64,000 bases of DNA from contig CM102289.1 of NCBI GenBank assembly GCA_046563655.1, positions 1 through 64,000 on the forward strand, in the 5' to 3' direction. Shown here one piece after another: positions 50,635 through 63,100 of the stretch. Position numbers and translations under genes: made by a program. How positions within the stretch are numbered: position 1 is the stretch's first letter; the number at the start of each line of letters is the position of its first letter. Origin of the DNA: Yuukianura sp. NJ FZ-2021. Taxonomy: Eukaryota. The notes under the pieces are model-generated. The model ran no database searches, was not told the DNA's origin, and saw only the letters and a list, made by a program, of their open reading frames with translations.

Positions 50635-53600
50635 AGCTTTGGGATTGAGCTCTGGGATTGAGCTTTGGGATTGGGCTTAGGGATTGAGCTTTGGGATTAA
50701 TCTTTGGGATTGAGCTTAGGGATTGAGGTTTGGGATTGAGCTTTGGGATTGAGCTCTGGGATTGAGCTTTGGGATTGAGGTTTGGGATTGAGCTTTGGGA
50801 TTGAGCTCTGGGATTGAGCTCTGGGATTGAGCTTAGGGATTGAGCTTTGGGATTGAGGTTTGGGATTGAGCTTTGGGATTGAGCTCTGGGATTGAGCTTA
50901 GGGATTGAGCTTTGGGATTGATCTTTGGGATTGAGCTTTGGGATTGAGGTTTGGGATTGAGCTTTGGGATTGAGCTCTGGGATTGAGCTTAGGGATTGAG
51001 CTTTGGGATTAATCTTTGGAATTGATCTTTGGGATTGAGCTTTGGGATTGAGGTTTGGGATTGAGGTTTGGGATTGAGCTCTGGGATTGAGCTTAGGGAT
51101 TGAGCTTTGGGATTGAGCTCTGGGATTGAGCTTTGGGATTGAGCTCTGGGATTGAGCTTAGGGATTGAGCTTTGGGATTGAGGTTTGGGATTGAGCTTTG
51201 GGATTGAGCTCTGGGATTGAGCTTAGGGATTGAGCTTTGGGATTGATCTTTGGGATTGAGGTTTGGGATTGAGCTCTGGGATTGAGCTTAGGGATTGAGC
51301 TTTGGGATTGAGCTCTGGGATTGAGCTCTGGGATTGAGCTTAGGGATTGAGCTTTGGGATTGAGCTCTGGGATTGAGCGTAGGGATTGAGCTTTGGGATT
51401 GAGCTCTGGGATTGAGCTCTGGGATTGAGCTTAGGGATTGAGCGTAGAGATTGAGCTTTGGGATTGAGCTTTGGGATTGAGCTCTGGGATTGAGCTTAGG
51501 GATTGAGCTTTGGGATTGAGCTCTGGGATTGAGCTCTGTGATTGAGCTTAGGGATTGAGCGTAGGGATTGAGCTTAGGGATTGAGCTTTGGGATTGAGGT
51601 TTGGGATTGAGCTTTGGGATTGAGCTCTGGGATTGAGCTTAGGGATTGAGCTTTGGGATTGATCTTTGGGATTGAGCTTTGGGATTGAGGTTTGGGATTG
51701 AGCTTTGGGATTGAGCTCTGGGATTGAGCTTAGGGATTGAGCTTTGGGATTAATCTTTGGGATTGATCTTTGGGATTGAGCTTTGGGATTGAGGTTTGGG
51801 ATTGAGCTTTGGGATTGAGCTCTGGGATTGAGCTTAGGGATTGAGCTTTGGGATTGAGCTCTGGGATTGAGCTCTGGGATTGAGCTTAGGGATTGAGCTT
51901 TGGGATTGATCTTTGGGATTGAGCTTTGGGATTGAGGTTTGGGATTGAGCTTTGGGATTGAGCTCTGGGATTGAGCTTAGGGATTGAGCTTTGGGATTAA
52001 TCTTTGGGATTGATCTTTGGGATTGAGCTTTGGGATTGAGGTTTGGGATTGAGCTTTGGGATTGAGCTCTGGGATTGAGCTTAGGGATTGAGCTTTGGGA
52101 TTGAGCTCTGGGATTGAGCTTTGGGATTGAGCTCTGGGATTGAGCTTAGGGATTGAGCTTTGGGATTGAGGTTTGGGATTGAGCTTTGGGATTGAGCTCT
52201 GGGATTGAGCTTAGGGATTGAGCTTTGGGATTGATCTTTGGGATTGAGGTTTGGGATTGAGCTCTGGGATTGAGCTTAGGGATTGAGCTTTGGGATTGAG
52301 CTCTGGGATTGAGCTCTGGGATTGAGCTTAGGGATTGAGCGTAGGGATTGAGCTTTGGGATTGAGCTTTGGGATTGAGCTCTGGGATTGAGCTCTGGGAT
52401 TGAGCTCTGGGATTGAGCTTAGGGATTGAGCTTTGGGATTGAGGTTTGGGATTGAGCTTTGGGATTGAGCTCTGGGATTGAGCTTAGGGATTGAGCTTTG
52501 GGATTGAGCTTTGGGATTGAGCTCTGGGATTGAGCTTTGGGATTGAGGTTTGGGATTGAGCTATGGGATTGAGCTCTGGGATTGAGCTTAGGGATTGAGC
52601 TTTGGGATTAATCTTTGGGATTGATCTTTGGGATTGAGCTTTGGGATTGAGGTTTGGGATTGAGCTTTGGGATTGAGCTCTGGGATTGAGCTTAGGGATT
52701 GAGCTTTGGGATTGAGCTCTGGGATTGAGCTTTGGGATTGAGCTCTGGGATTGAGCTTAGGGATTGATCTTTGGGATTGAGCTTTGGGATTGAGGTTTGG
52801 GATTGAGCTTTGGGATTGAGCTCTGGGATTGAGCTTAGGGATTGAGCTTTGGGATTAATCTTTGGAATTGATCTTTGGGATTGAGCTTTGGGATTGAGGT
52901 TTGGGATTGAGGTTTGGGATTGAGCTCTGGGATTGAGCTTAGGGATTGAGCTTTGGGATTGAGCTCTGGGATTGAGCTTTGGGATTGAGCTCTGGGATTG
53001 AGCTTAGGGATTGAGCTTTGGGATTGAGGTTTGGGATTGAGCTTTGGGATTGAGCTCTGGGATTGAGCTTAGGGATTGAGCTTTGGGATTGATCTTTGGG
53101 ATTGAGGTTTGGGATTGAGCTCTGGGATTGAGCTTAGGGATTGAGCTTTGGGATTGAGCTCTGGGATTGAGCTCTGGGATTGAGCTTAGGGATTGAGCTT
53201 TGGGATTGAGCTCTGGGATTGAGCTCTGGGATTGAGCTTAGGGATTGAGCGTAGGGATTGAGCTTTGGGATTGAGCTTTGGGATTGAGCTCTGGGATTGA
53301 GCTCTGGGATTGAGCTCTGGGATTGAGCTTAGGGATTGAGCTTTGGGATTGAGGTTTGGGATTGAGCTTTGGGATTGAGCTTAGGGATTGAGCTTTGGGA
53401 TTGAGCTTTGGGATTGAGCTCTGGGATTGAGCTTTGGGATTGAGCTCTGGGATTGAGCGTAGGGATTGAGCTTTGGGATTGAGCTCTGGGATTGAGCTCT
53501 GGGATTGAGCTTAGGGATTGAGCGTAGAGATTGAGCTTTGGGATTGAGCTTTGGAATTGAGCTCTGGGATTGAGCTTAGGGATTGAGCTTTGGGATTGAG

Positions 53601-55563
53601 CTCTGGGATTGAGCTCTGTGATTGAGCTTAGGGATTGAGCGTAGGGATTGAGCTTAGGGATTGAGCTTTGGGATTGAGGTTTGGGATTGAGCTTTGGGAT
53701 TGAGCTCTGGGATTGAGCTTAGGGATTGAGCTTTGGGATTGATCTTTGGGATTGAGCTTTGGGATTGAGGTTTGGGATTGAGCTTTGGGATTGAGCTCTG
53801 GGATTGAGCTTAGGGATTGAGCTTTGGGATTAATCTTTGGGATTGATCTTTGGGATTGAGCTTTGGGATTGAGGTTTGGGATTGAGCTTTGGGATTGAGC
53901 TCTGGGATTGAGCTTAGGGATTGAGCTTTGGGATTGAGCTCTGGGATTGAGCTCTGGGATTGAGCTTAGGGATTGAGCTTTGGGATTGATCTTTGGGATT
54001 GAGCTTTGGGATTGAGGTTTGGGATTGAGCTTTGGGATTGAGCTCTGGGATTGAGCTTAGGGATTGAGCTTTGGGATTAATCTTTGGGATTGATCTTTGG
54101 GATTGAGCTTTGGGATTGAGGTTTGGGATTGAGCTTTGGGATTGAGCTCTGGGATTGAGCTTAGGGATTGAGCTTTGGGATTGAGCTCTGGGATTGAGCT
54201 TTGGGATTGAGCTCTGGGATTGAGCTTAGGGATTGAGCTTTGGGATTGAGGTTTGGGATTGAGCTTTGGGATTGAGCTCTGGGATTGAGCTTAGGGATTG
54301 AGCTTTGGGATTGATCTTTGGGATTGAGGTTTGGGATTGAGCTCTGGGATTGAGCTTAGGGATTGAGCTTTGGGATTGAGCTCTGGGATTGAGCTCTGGG
54401 ATTGAGCTTAGGGATTGAGCGTAGGGATTGAGCTTTGGGATTGAGCTTTGGGATTGAGCTTTGGGATTGAGCTCTGGGATTGAGCTCTGGGATTGAGCTC
54501 TGGGATTGAGCTTAGGGATTGAGCTTTGGGATTGAGGTTTGGGATTGAGCTTTGGGATTGAGCTCTGGGATTGAGCTTAGGGATTGAGCTTTGGGATTGA
54601 GCTTTGGGATTGAGCTCTGGGATTGAGCTTTGGGATTGAGGTTTGGGATTGAGCTTTGGGATTGAGCTCTGGGATTGAGCTTAGGGATTGAGCTTTGGGA
54701 TTAATCTTTGGGATTGATCTTTGGGATTGAGCTTTGGGATTGAGGTTTGGGATTGAGCTTTGGGATTGAGCTCTGGGATTGAGCTTAGGGATTGAGCTTT
54801 GGGATTGAGCTCTGGGATTGAGCTTTGGGATTGAGCTCTGGGATTGAGCTTAGGGATTGAGCTTTGGGATTGAGGTTTGGGATTGAGCTTTGGGATTGAG
54901 CTCTGGGATTGAGCTTAGGGATTGAGCTTTGGGATTGATCTTTGGGATTGAGGTTTGGGATTGAGCTCTGGGATTGAGCTTAGGGATTGAGCTTTGGGAT
55001 TGAGCTCTGGGATTGAGCTCTGGGATTGAGCTTAGGGATTGAGCGTTTGGGATTGAGCTTTGGGATTGAGCTCTGGGATTGAGCTCTGGGATTGAGCTCT
55101 GGGATTGAGCTTAGGGATTGAGCTTTGGGATTGAGGTTTGGGATTGAGGTTTGGGATTGAGCTTTGGGATTGAGCTCTGGGATTGAGCTTAGGGATTGAG
55201 CTTTGGGATTGAGCTTTGGGATTGAGCTCTGGGATTGAGCTTTGGGATTGAGCTCTGGGATTGAGCGTAGGGATTGAGCTTTGGGATTGAGCTCTGGGAT
55301 TGAGCTCTGGGATTGAGCTTAGGGATTGAGCGTAGAGATTGAGCTTTGGGATTGAGCTTTGGGATTGAGCTCTGGGATTGAGCTCTGGGATTAAGCTCTG
55401 GGATTGAGCTTAGGGATTGAGCTTAGGGATTGAGCTTAGGGATTGAGCTTTGGGATTGAGGTTTGGGATTGAGCTTTGGGATTGAGCTTTGGGATTGAGC
55501 TCTGGGATTGAGCTCTGGGATTGAGCTTAGGGATTGAGCTTAGGGATTGAGCTTTGGGATTGA
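50635..55563. repeat. 13-bp satellite gggattgagct(tt/ct/ta), left arm
   Basis: Tandem 13-mers with a small set of variants arranged in higher-order blocks. Confidence 0.98.
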
Positions 55564-55670
55564 TGTATGTTTTTCAGAGGGATCTCTAAGTGCATTAGGC
55601 ACAGAGAGGATCACGGCGATGAGGCGCACTGTCGGGCCTATTTCGCTCTCTCCATAACACCAATTTAATT

Positions 55671-58600
55671 TCAGGGAATAACTCTCCCGCCACTAACCTT
55701 CGCTCTTTTTAATTGTCGGACGAATTCCGTTAGTTCAGAGAGAGAAGTGTTTTTAAGATCCTCTTTTCTCAAGAGGTATACCCCAAATGCCATTAGCCTT
55801 GGGTTCATGTGTGCCTCACACTCCATCAGTAGGTGATCACGGGTCTCTTCCTTATATCCACAGTGTGGACATAAAGGCGACTCCGCGATCCCTATCCTAT
55901 AGAGGTGTTTGGCATATTGTCCATGTCCTGTGATCAATTCTGTTAGAGATTTAAGATCTTCTCTATTTAGTTTTAAGCAGTGCTTAGCATTTTTACTATA
56001 TATTTTTGTGAGGACTTTTTTGGAGTCCTCACATCCTTGTTGTGCACGCCATCTTTTTTCATGACAGGTTCTGGAATAGTCATTGATTGCAGTTACTATT
56101 GTGCTGTATGGGATTGGTAATATTGGTTCTGGTCCAATACATTTTGTGTAAGCAGCCGCCTTCGCTAAACTGTCCACTATTTCATTGCCTACGTACCCCT
56201 TATGTGCTGGTATCCAGTTAACATTTACCGGACATATTGTGTTGATTTTGTTAAGTGTTCTGTGGGACTGATAAATAAGGGTTGTACTCTCATCATTTTT
56301 GCCCATTAGGCTTTTAACAACTCCTTGGTTGTCGATATAAATTTCAACAAGTGTTATGTTCTTATATTCTGATTGGTCTGTAGACAGGGTCTTTTCAACC
56401 CAATCAACAGCCGAGAGTAAAGCGTACGCCTCCGCTTGAAAGACGCTTGTACACTGTCCAAGGGGATATAGTTCACTTTGTAGTATTTTGTTACCATTCA
56501 GTACTACATATGCAGCACCGGAAGAATTTATTTTAGATCCATCAGTAAAGACCTGGAGGACCGAAGCGCTACGCCTCGGCTCCCCCTCCTCTTCCCAATG
56601 TTTCCGTTTCTTTATTAGTATATTGTAATTAGGTGAGATTTGATTTATGAATTTTGTTTCAGTTGGTAGCATGAGGAGTGGGAGATTATTTCTCCATTCC
56701 TCACATTGTTTTATATGGGTATTTCTTTTTAGAAGCCCCATGGATTTCCATGGTAGCCAGTCTTTATGGTCAATTAACCTTAACATTGTTTTAATGCACA
56801 ATGTCATGATGTGAAGGTCGATTGGGCGTATGTCTATAATACACTCCATGCTCGCAGTTGGCGTAGATCGCATTGCCCCTGTGATGTTGAGCAATGCGGC
56901 CCTTTGCGCTTTTTGCAACATGGTTAGTGTATTTTGTTTGGTTACTGCAGTTGCCCAGCAAACGCACGCATGCGTGATCCTCGGGCGGACAATAGCAGTA
57001 TAAATCCAGCAACATATTTTAGGATTGAGCCCCCACGTTGTGGATATGGCTCGTTTACACTGATGCAGGGTGATTACTCCTGCAAGTGCTTTGGTTTTAC
57101 AATGTTCAGTCCATGTTAGTTTGGAATCAAGCCATACACCAAGGTGCTTGACTACCTTACCGTAAGATATGCTTATACCATTTAGTTGTAATATAGAGTT
57201 TGGTATTTTTCTACTGTTTGTGAATAGTACAGCTTCAATTTTATTGGGGTTTACCCCCAGTCGAATCGTTTTGCACCATTTGTCAACAGTGTTTAGACTT
57301 TGTTGCATTATGTTGGCAATTGTCGACATATCCTTGCCACATTGTAGTAAGGAAACATCGTCCGCAAACCCTTGCGTGTTAATCTGCGGAAATTTAGTTC
57401 TTAGAATATACAGTAGTTCATCCAGAACCATATTCCATAGGAGAGGTGAAAGAACGCCGCCTTGCGGGCATCCTTTCTGTACAGTTCTGTGTATTACTTT
57501 TCCATTCAGTTCACTGTATACGGTTCTGTTTGTTAACATGGACGATATCCAGTTGATAACCGTCTTGTCAACTTCGAATCGATTCAGTGCCTCTAGCATT
57601 GATTTGAATGTTGCTGCTGAGAACGCTCCCTCTATATCCAAGAACATGCCTAAAGCATGCTCGCTGGATTTCAGTGAGCGTTCAATTCTGCCTACCAGAT
57701 TGTGCAGGGCAGAGTCGCAGCTGCGTCCCTTAAGGTAGGCATATTGTCCATTTTGTTCTAGCCTGGCTACAACATCAGGAGTTTTGATGTAGTTACTTAT
57801 TAGTTTTTCCATAACCTTTAAAAGGAATGATGTTAATGTGATTGGCCTCCAAGATCCAACTTTGGTATAGCTGTCTTTTCCTGGCTTTGGTATGAAGACA
57901 ACCCTTGCCCTGTTCCACAACATTGGAGTATATCCAAGTTGCAGGCATGCTCGGGCTATTAAGTTGAGATATTTTATCATTTTTAGTGGTGCTTTCTGCA
58001 GCAAGGCTGGGAATATGTTGTCAGGCCCTGGGCTCTTGAATGCTTGAAAGCTGTTTATGCATGCTAGTATTTTTGCATCACTAACAATTTTGTTGATGGT
58101 CTCAGTATCATTTGATACTCCATCAGTATTATAGTTTAAGCCCGCTAACTCGCTTTGAGCCTGCGGGTCGTTTGGAAAGTGATGATTCAGGAGACAATCT
58201 AAAGTTGCTTCCGGTGAGGCAGTATAACTCCCATTCTCTAGCTGTATAGGACCCAGAGCTATGACTCTGTCTCCAGCTAGTATTTTGGTAGCCCTGGAGG
58301 CCTGTGGAACTTTTTCCACTTGACTGCAATAGTCTCTCCAGGCTCTGCGCTTTTCATTTCGCAGTTCTGCATTGTATTTATTGCGTGAATCTTGGTACAG
58401 CAACCAGGATTCATATGAGTAATTATTTTGTTGCGTTAAACGATGCAGCTTTCTGGATGCTTTCCTCATCAATGTGAGGGTTGATGTCCAATAGCTTTTC
58501 GTTGGTCCAGTTTTGCGTACCCGTTTTAACGGGCAGCTTCTCTCAAAGCATTTTGTTAGAATTTCACTAACAGTGCTAACTGCCTTATCAAGTTGCTCAA

Positions 58601-59441
58601 CATTGAGTGGTTGTGTCATTTCCACATTTTGAAGTTCCTCCTCAACTAAGAAGTTGTAGTAGTCAAATTCTGTTTTTCTTTTATTTCGGTAAAATTCATT
58701 TTTGGGACTTTCAAGACCAAGTTCCCATTTTATGTACTTATGGTCAGAGAAGGACTCTTCTTCCCCTACTCTCCATTTTGTTATTAAACCAATAACTTCC
58801 GTTGAAGCAATGGTGAGATCAATAACCTCCCTTCTACTTCTTGTAACGAAAGTTGGTTTATGTCCTTTGTTTACTACATGTAAATCTTTCTGTTCTAGAA
58901 ATTCTAGTAATTGTTCACCCCTTGCATTACTGCCAGTGCTGCCCCATAACACGTGATGTGCGTTTGAGTCGCAGCCAATAATCAGGGGTAATTCAGCCTT
59001 TTTACAATATTGAATTAATTTTGTTACGGTTTCAGACTCTACTGTACCGTCGTAAGGGAAATATACCGAAGCTAATACTAATGCGTTGCCACCGCAAGTT
59101 AGTTTAATAGCCATACAGTCTTTGTCTGAAACGTCTAGTATAGGCCAAACGTCCAACCCGTCTGAGACTACCACGCATGCGCGGGGCCTTTCGCCAGATT
59201 TAACGTAGTAACAGCCCTTTTTAGCAAAATAGCAAACGCTATCCTTTCGTGTTGTTGGTTCCTGTATGAGTGCTACATAAGTACCCTCATGCATGAGCAT
59301 TCTGCATAGTGAGGAGGCTGCTGCGGCTGCCCTATGTAAATTTATTTGAGTTATGCAAATTTTTTTGTAGTCTGGAGTAATGTTTTTAGTGTGCAGAGAA
59401 GCAGTGGATTCAACGTTACTACTTAGTGATGCTCTTGTCAT
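55671..59441 (-). CDS. ORF2: APE endonuclease, reverse transcriptase, RNase H and CCHC knuckle (1256 aa, intact)
   Basis: APE: QINLH, LIQEP, GCDSNAHH, SDH. RT: KSPGPD, WRPITLTS, FLDIEGAF, GCPQGGVLSPLLW, FADD. RNase H: FTDGS, VFQAE, WIPAHKG..GNE..D. Knuckle: CPHC..ETRDHLLMEC. Confidence 0.97.
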   Translation of the reverse strand: MTRASLSSNVESTASLHTKNITPDYKKICITQINLHRAAAAASSLCRMLMHEGTYVALIQEPTTRKDSVCYFAKKGCYYVKSGERPRACVVVSDGLDVWPILDVSDKDCMAIKLTCGGNALVLASVYFPYDGTVESETVTKLIQYCKKAELPLIIGCDSNAHHVLWGSTGSNARGEQLLEFLEQKDLHVVNKGHKPTFVTRSRREVIDLTIASTEVIGLITKWRVGEEESFSDHKYIKWELGLESPKNEFYRNKRKTEFDYYNFLVEEELQNVEMTQPLNVEQLDKAVSTVSEILTKCFERSCPLKRVRKTGPTKSYWTSTLTLMRKASRKLHRLTQQNNYSYESWLLYQDSRNKYNAELRNEKRRAWRDYCSQVEKVPQASRATKILAGDRVIALGPIQLENGSYTASPEATLDCLLNHHFPNDPQAQSELAGLNYNTDGVSNDTETINKIVSDAKILACINSFQAFKSPGPDNIFPALLQKAPLKMIKYLNLIARACLQLGYTPMLWNRARVVFIPKPGKDSYTKVGSWRPITLTSFLLKVMEKLISNYIKTPDVVARLEQNGQYAYLKGRSCDSALHNLVGRIERSLKSSEHALGMFLDIEGAFSAATFKSMLEALNRFEVDKTVINWISSMLTNRTVYSELNGKVIHRTVQKGCPQGGVLSPLLWNMVLDELLYILRTKFPQINTQGFADDVSLLQCGKDMSTIANIMQQSLNTVDKWCKTIRLGVNPNKIEAVLFTNSRKIPNSILQLNGISISYGKVVKHLGVWLDSKLTWTEHCKTKALAGVITLHQCKRAISTTWGLNPKICCWIYTAIVRPRITHACVCWATAVTKQNTLTMLQKAQRAALLNITGAMRSTPTASMECIIDIRPIDLHIMTLCIKTMLRLIDHKDWLPWKSMGLLKRNTHIKQCEEWRNNLPLLMLPTETKFINQISPNYNILIKKRKHWEEEGEPRRSASVLQVFTDGSKINSSGAAYVVLNGNKILQSELYPLGQCTSVFQAEAYALLSAVDWVEKTLSTDQSEYKNITLVEIYIDNQGVVKSLMGKNDESTTLIYQSHRTLNKINTICPVNVNWIPAHKGYVGNEIVDSLAKAAAYTKCIGPEPILPIPYSTIVTAINDYSRTCHEKRWRAQQGCEDSKKVLTKIYSKNAKHCLKLNREDLKSLTELITGHGQYAKHLYRIGIAESPLCPHCGYKEETRDHLLMECEAHMNPRLMAFGVYLLRKEDLKNTSLSELTEFVRQLKRAKVSGGRVIP

Positions 59442-59627
59442 CCCACTCCAGTAGCATTCAATGAACTATACACTGCTTCATTTATGTGTATTATTAGACT
59501 ATCGTCGTAAATACTGTTGCTACATATAGGTTTTACATATTTTTTATTGCGATGTACTGTAGTACAAAGTAGGGAAACTATTGTGTAGTTTTGTTGGTAA
59601 GAAGATAGAACTGAGTAGCCTATACTA

Positions 59628-60175
59628 TTATTCAGTAGTAGCATCGGGGGCTTCTACTTCGCCTTCTTGCGGGGCTGCTTTGGTGCGTCTAAGATCAAGA
59701 CGCCGCAGCCCAAAGTATGGCCGAAACTTCAGTTCTTCTTCTAGTACCTTCATAGAGTTTGGATCTGCATCCACAAAAATTGTGTGACCTGGCGGGCCTT
59801 TCTGTGACGGAATTGGTTTTCTCCATCTCCATTTTTGACATTCTAGTCCAGGATTCTGCGTTTTTAGTGCTTCTAAGAATTCTTGAGATACCGGAGCATT
59901 TCCTGCAATCCAGCACCACAGTCTTGTAAGATTCAATTCTGGTATTTGAGAAGGATCGACACCCTCGTAAGTGCCTCCAAGTATTTTCTGTAGTTTAGTC
60001 TTGATCCAATCTGCTGAGTTGCTGTCGGCACAGATAAATCTGCCTCGACCCCCAGAGACGAACCGACATTCTTCAATTCTAACTGCTGTTTGTCTTTCCG
60101 CAAGAATTTCAATTTCTAGAACAGCCTTGAGCCCGACGTAGTCGCTGTACTGCATAGCTGCCTCGTGATCAGCAC
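59628..60175 (-). CDS. C-terminal part of retrotransposon ORF1 (5'-truncated; DUF4780-like by recollection)
   Basis: Same strand, upstream of ORF2, with the frame open to the element boundary. LKTQNPGL..W motif resembles LOA-type ORF1. Confidence 0.75.
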
Positions 60176-63100
60176 CTTTGGGATTGAGGTTTGGGATTGA
60201 GCTTTGGGATTGAGCTCTGGGATTGAGCTTAGGGATTGAGCTTTGGGATTGAGCTCTGGGATTGAGCTCTGGGATTGAGCTTAGGGATTGAGCTTAGGGA
60301 TTGAGCTTTGGGATTGAGGTTTGGGATTGAGCTTTGGGATTGAGCTCTGGGATTGAGCTTAGGGATTGAGCTTTGGGATTGAGCTCTGGGATTGAGCTCT
60401 GGGATTGAGCTTAGGGATTGAGCTCAGGGATTGAGCTTAGGGATTGAGCTTATTGATTGAGCTTTGGGATTGAGGTTTGGGATTGAGCTTTGGGATTGAG
60501 CTCTGGGATTGAGCTTAGGGATTGAGCTTTGGGATTGAGCTCTGGGATTGAGCTCTGGGATTGAGCTTAGGGATTGAGCTTAGGGATTGAGCTTTGGGAT
60601 TGAGGTTTGGGATTGAGCTTTGGGATTGAGCTCTGGGATTGAGCTTAGGGATTGAGCTTTGGGATTGAGCTCTGGGATTGAGCTCTGGGATTGAGCTTAG
60701 GGATTGAGCGTAGGGATTGAGCTTTGGGATTGAGCTTTGGGATTGAGCTCTGGGATTGAGCTCTGGGATTGAGCGTAGGGATTGAGCTTTGGGATTGAGC
60801 TTTGGGATTGAGCTCTGGGATTGAGCTCTGGGATTGAGCTCTGGGATTAAGCTTAGGGATTGAGCTTTGGGATTGAGCTCTGGGATTGAGCTTAGGGATT
60901 GAGCTTTGGGATTGAGGTTTGGGATTGAGCTTTGGGATTGAGCTCTGGGATTGAGCTTAGGGATTGAGCTTTGGGATTGAGCTTTGGGATTGAGCTCTGG
61001 GATTGAGCTTTGGGATTGAGGTTTGGGATTGAGCTTTGGGATTGAGCTCTGGGATTGAGCTTAGGGATTGAGCTTTGGGATTAATCTTTGGGATTGATCT
61101 TTGGGATTGAGCTTTGGGATTGAGGTTTGGGATTGAGCTTTGGGATTGAGCTCTGGGATTGAGCTTAGGGATTGAGCTTTGGGATTGAGCTCTGGGATTG
61201 AGCTTTGGGATTGAGCTCTGGGATTGAGCTTAGGGATTGAGCTTTGGGATTGAGGTTTGGGATTGAGGTTTGGGATTGAGCTCTGGGATTGAGCTTAGGG
61301 ATTGAGCTTTGGGATTGATCTTTGGGATTGAGGTTTGGGATTGAGCTCTGGGATTGAGCTTAGGGATTGAGCTTTGGGATTGAGCTCTGGGATTGAGCTC
61401 TGGGATTGAGCTTAGGGATTGAGCGTTTGGGATTGAGCTTTGGGATTGAGCTCTGGGATTGAGCTCTGGGATTGAGCTCTGGGATTGAGCTTAGGGATTG
61501 AGCTTTGGGATTGAGGTTTGGGATTGAGGTTTGGGATTGAGCTTTGGGATTGAGCTCTGGGATTGAGCTTAGGGATTGAGCTTTGGGATTGAGCTTTGGG
61601 ATTGAGCTCTGGGATTGAGCTTTGGGATTGAGCTCTGGGATTGAGCGTAGGGATTGAGCTTTGGGATTGAGCTCTGGGATTGAGCTCTGGGATTGAGCTT
61701 AGGGATTGAGCGTAGAGATTGAGCTTTGGGATTGAGCTTTGGGATTGAGCTCTGGGATTGAGCTCTGGGATTAAGCTCTGGGATTGAGCTTAGGGATTGA
61801 GCTTAGGGATTGAGCTTAGGGATTGAGCTTTGGGATTGAGGTTTGGGATTGAGCTTTGGGATTGAGCTTTGGGATTGAGCTCTGGGATTGAGCTCTGGGA
61901 TTGAGCTTAGGGATTGAGCTTAGGGATTGAGCTTTGGGATTGAGGTTTGGGATTGAGCTTTGGGATTGAGCTCTGGGATTGAGCTTAGGGATTGAGCTTT
62001 GGGATTGAGCTCTGGGATTGAGCTCTGGGATTGAGCTTAGGGATTGAGCTTAGGGATTGAGCTTTGGGATTGAGGTTTGGGATTGAGCTTTGGGATTGAG
62101 CTCTGGGATTGAGCTTAGGGATTGAGCTTTGGGATTGAGCTCTGGGATTGAGCTCTGGGATTGAGCTTAGGGATTGAGCTCAGGGATTGAGCTTAGGGAT
62201 TGAGCTTATTGATTGAGCTTTGGGATTGAGGTTTGGGATTGAGCTTTGGGATTGAGCTCTGGGATTGAGCTTAGGGATTGAGCTTTGGGATTGAGCTCTG
62301 GGATTGAGCTCTGGGATTGAGCTTAGGGATTGAGCTTAGGGATTGAGCTTTGGGATTGAGGTTTGGGATTGAGCTTTGGGATTGAGCTCTGGGATTGAGC
62401 TTAGGGATTGAGCTTTGGGATTGAGCTTTGGGATTGAGCTCTGGGATTGAGCTTAGGGATTGAGCGTAGGGATTGAGCTTTGGGATTGAGCTTTGGGATT
62501 GAGCTCTGGGATTGAGCTCTGGGATTGAGCGTAGGGATTGAGCTTTGGGATTGAGCTTTGGGATTGAGCTCTGGGATTGAGCTCTGGGATTGAGCTCTGG
62601 GATTGAGCTCTGGGATTAAGCTTAGGGATTGAGCTTTGGGATTGAGCTCTGGGATTGAGCTTAGGGATTGAGCGTAGGGATTGAGCTTTGGGATTGAGCT
62701 TTGGGATTGAGCTCTGGGATTGAGCTCTGGGATTGAGCTCTGGGATTGAGCTTAGGGATTGAGCTTAGGGATTGAGCTTTGGGATTGAGCTTTGGGATTG
62801 AGCCCTGGGATTGAGCTCTGGGATTAAGCTTAGGGATTGAGCTTTGGGATTGAGCTCTGGGATTGAGCTTAGGGATTGAGCTTAGGGATTGAGCTTAGGG
62901 ATTGAGCTTTGGGATTGAGCTTTGGGATTGAGCTCTGGGATTGAGCTCTGGGATTAAGCTTAGGGATTGAGCTTTGGGATTGAGCTCTGGGATTGAGCTT
63001 AGGGATTGAGCGTAGGGATTGAGCTTTGGGATTGAGCTTTGGGATTGAGCTCTGGGATTGAGCTCTGGGATTGAGCTCTGGGATTGAGCTTTGGGATTGA

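Larger units (their letters stand above)
55564..60175 (-). mobile_element. 5'-truncated non-LTR retrotransposon, LOA/Lian-like (I group)
   Basis: Two ORFs, a short 3' UTR ending aaaaacataca on the minus strand, and a 12-bp TSD ctttgggattga (55552-55563, 60176-60187). Confidence 0.92.

Noticed and set aside
56791..59919. Small alternative-frame and antisense ORFs within the LINE
   Set aside because: Shadow ORFs of ORF1/ORF2 with no independent motifs.
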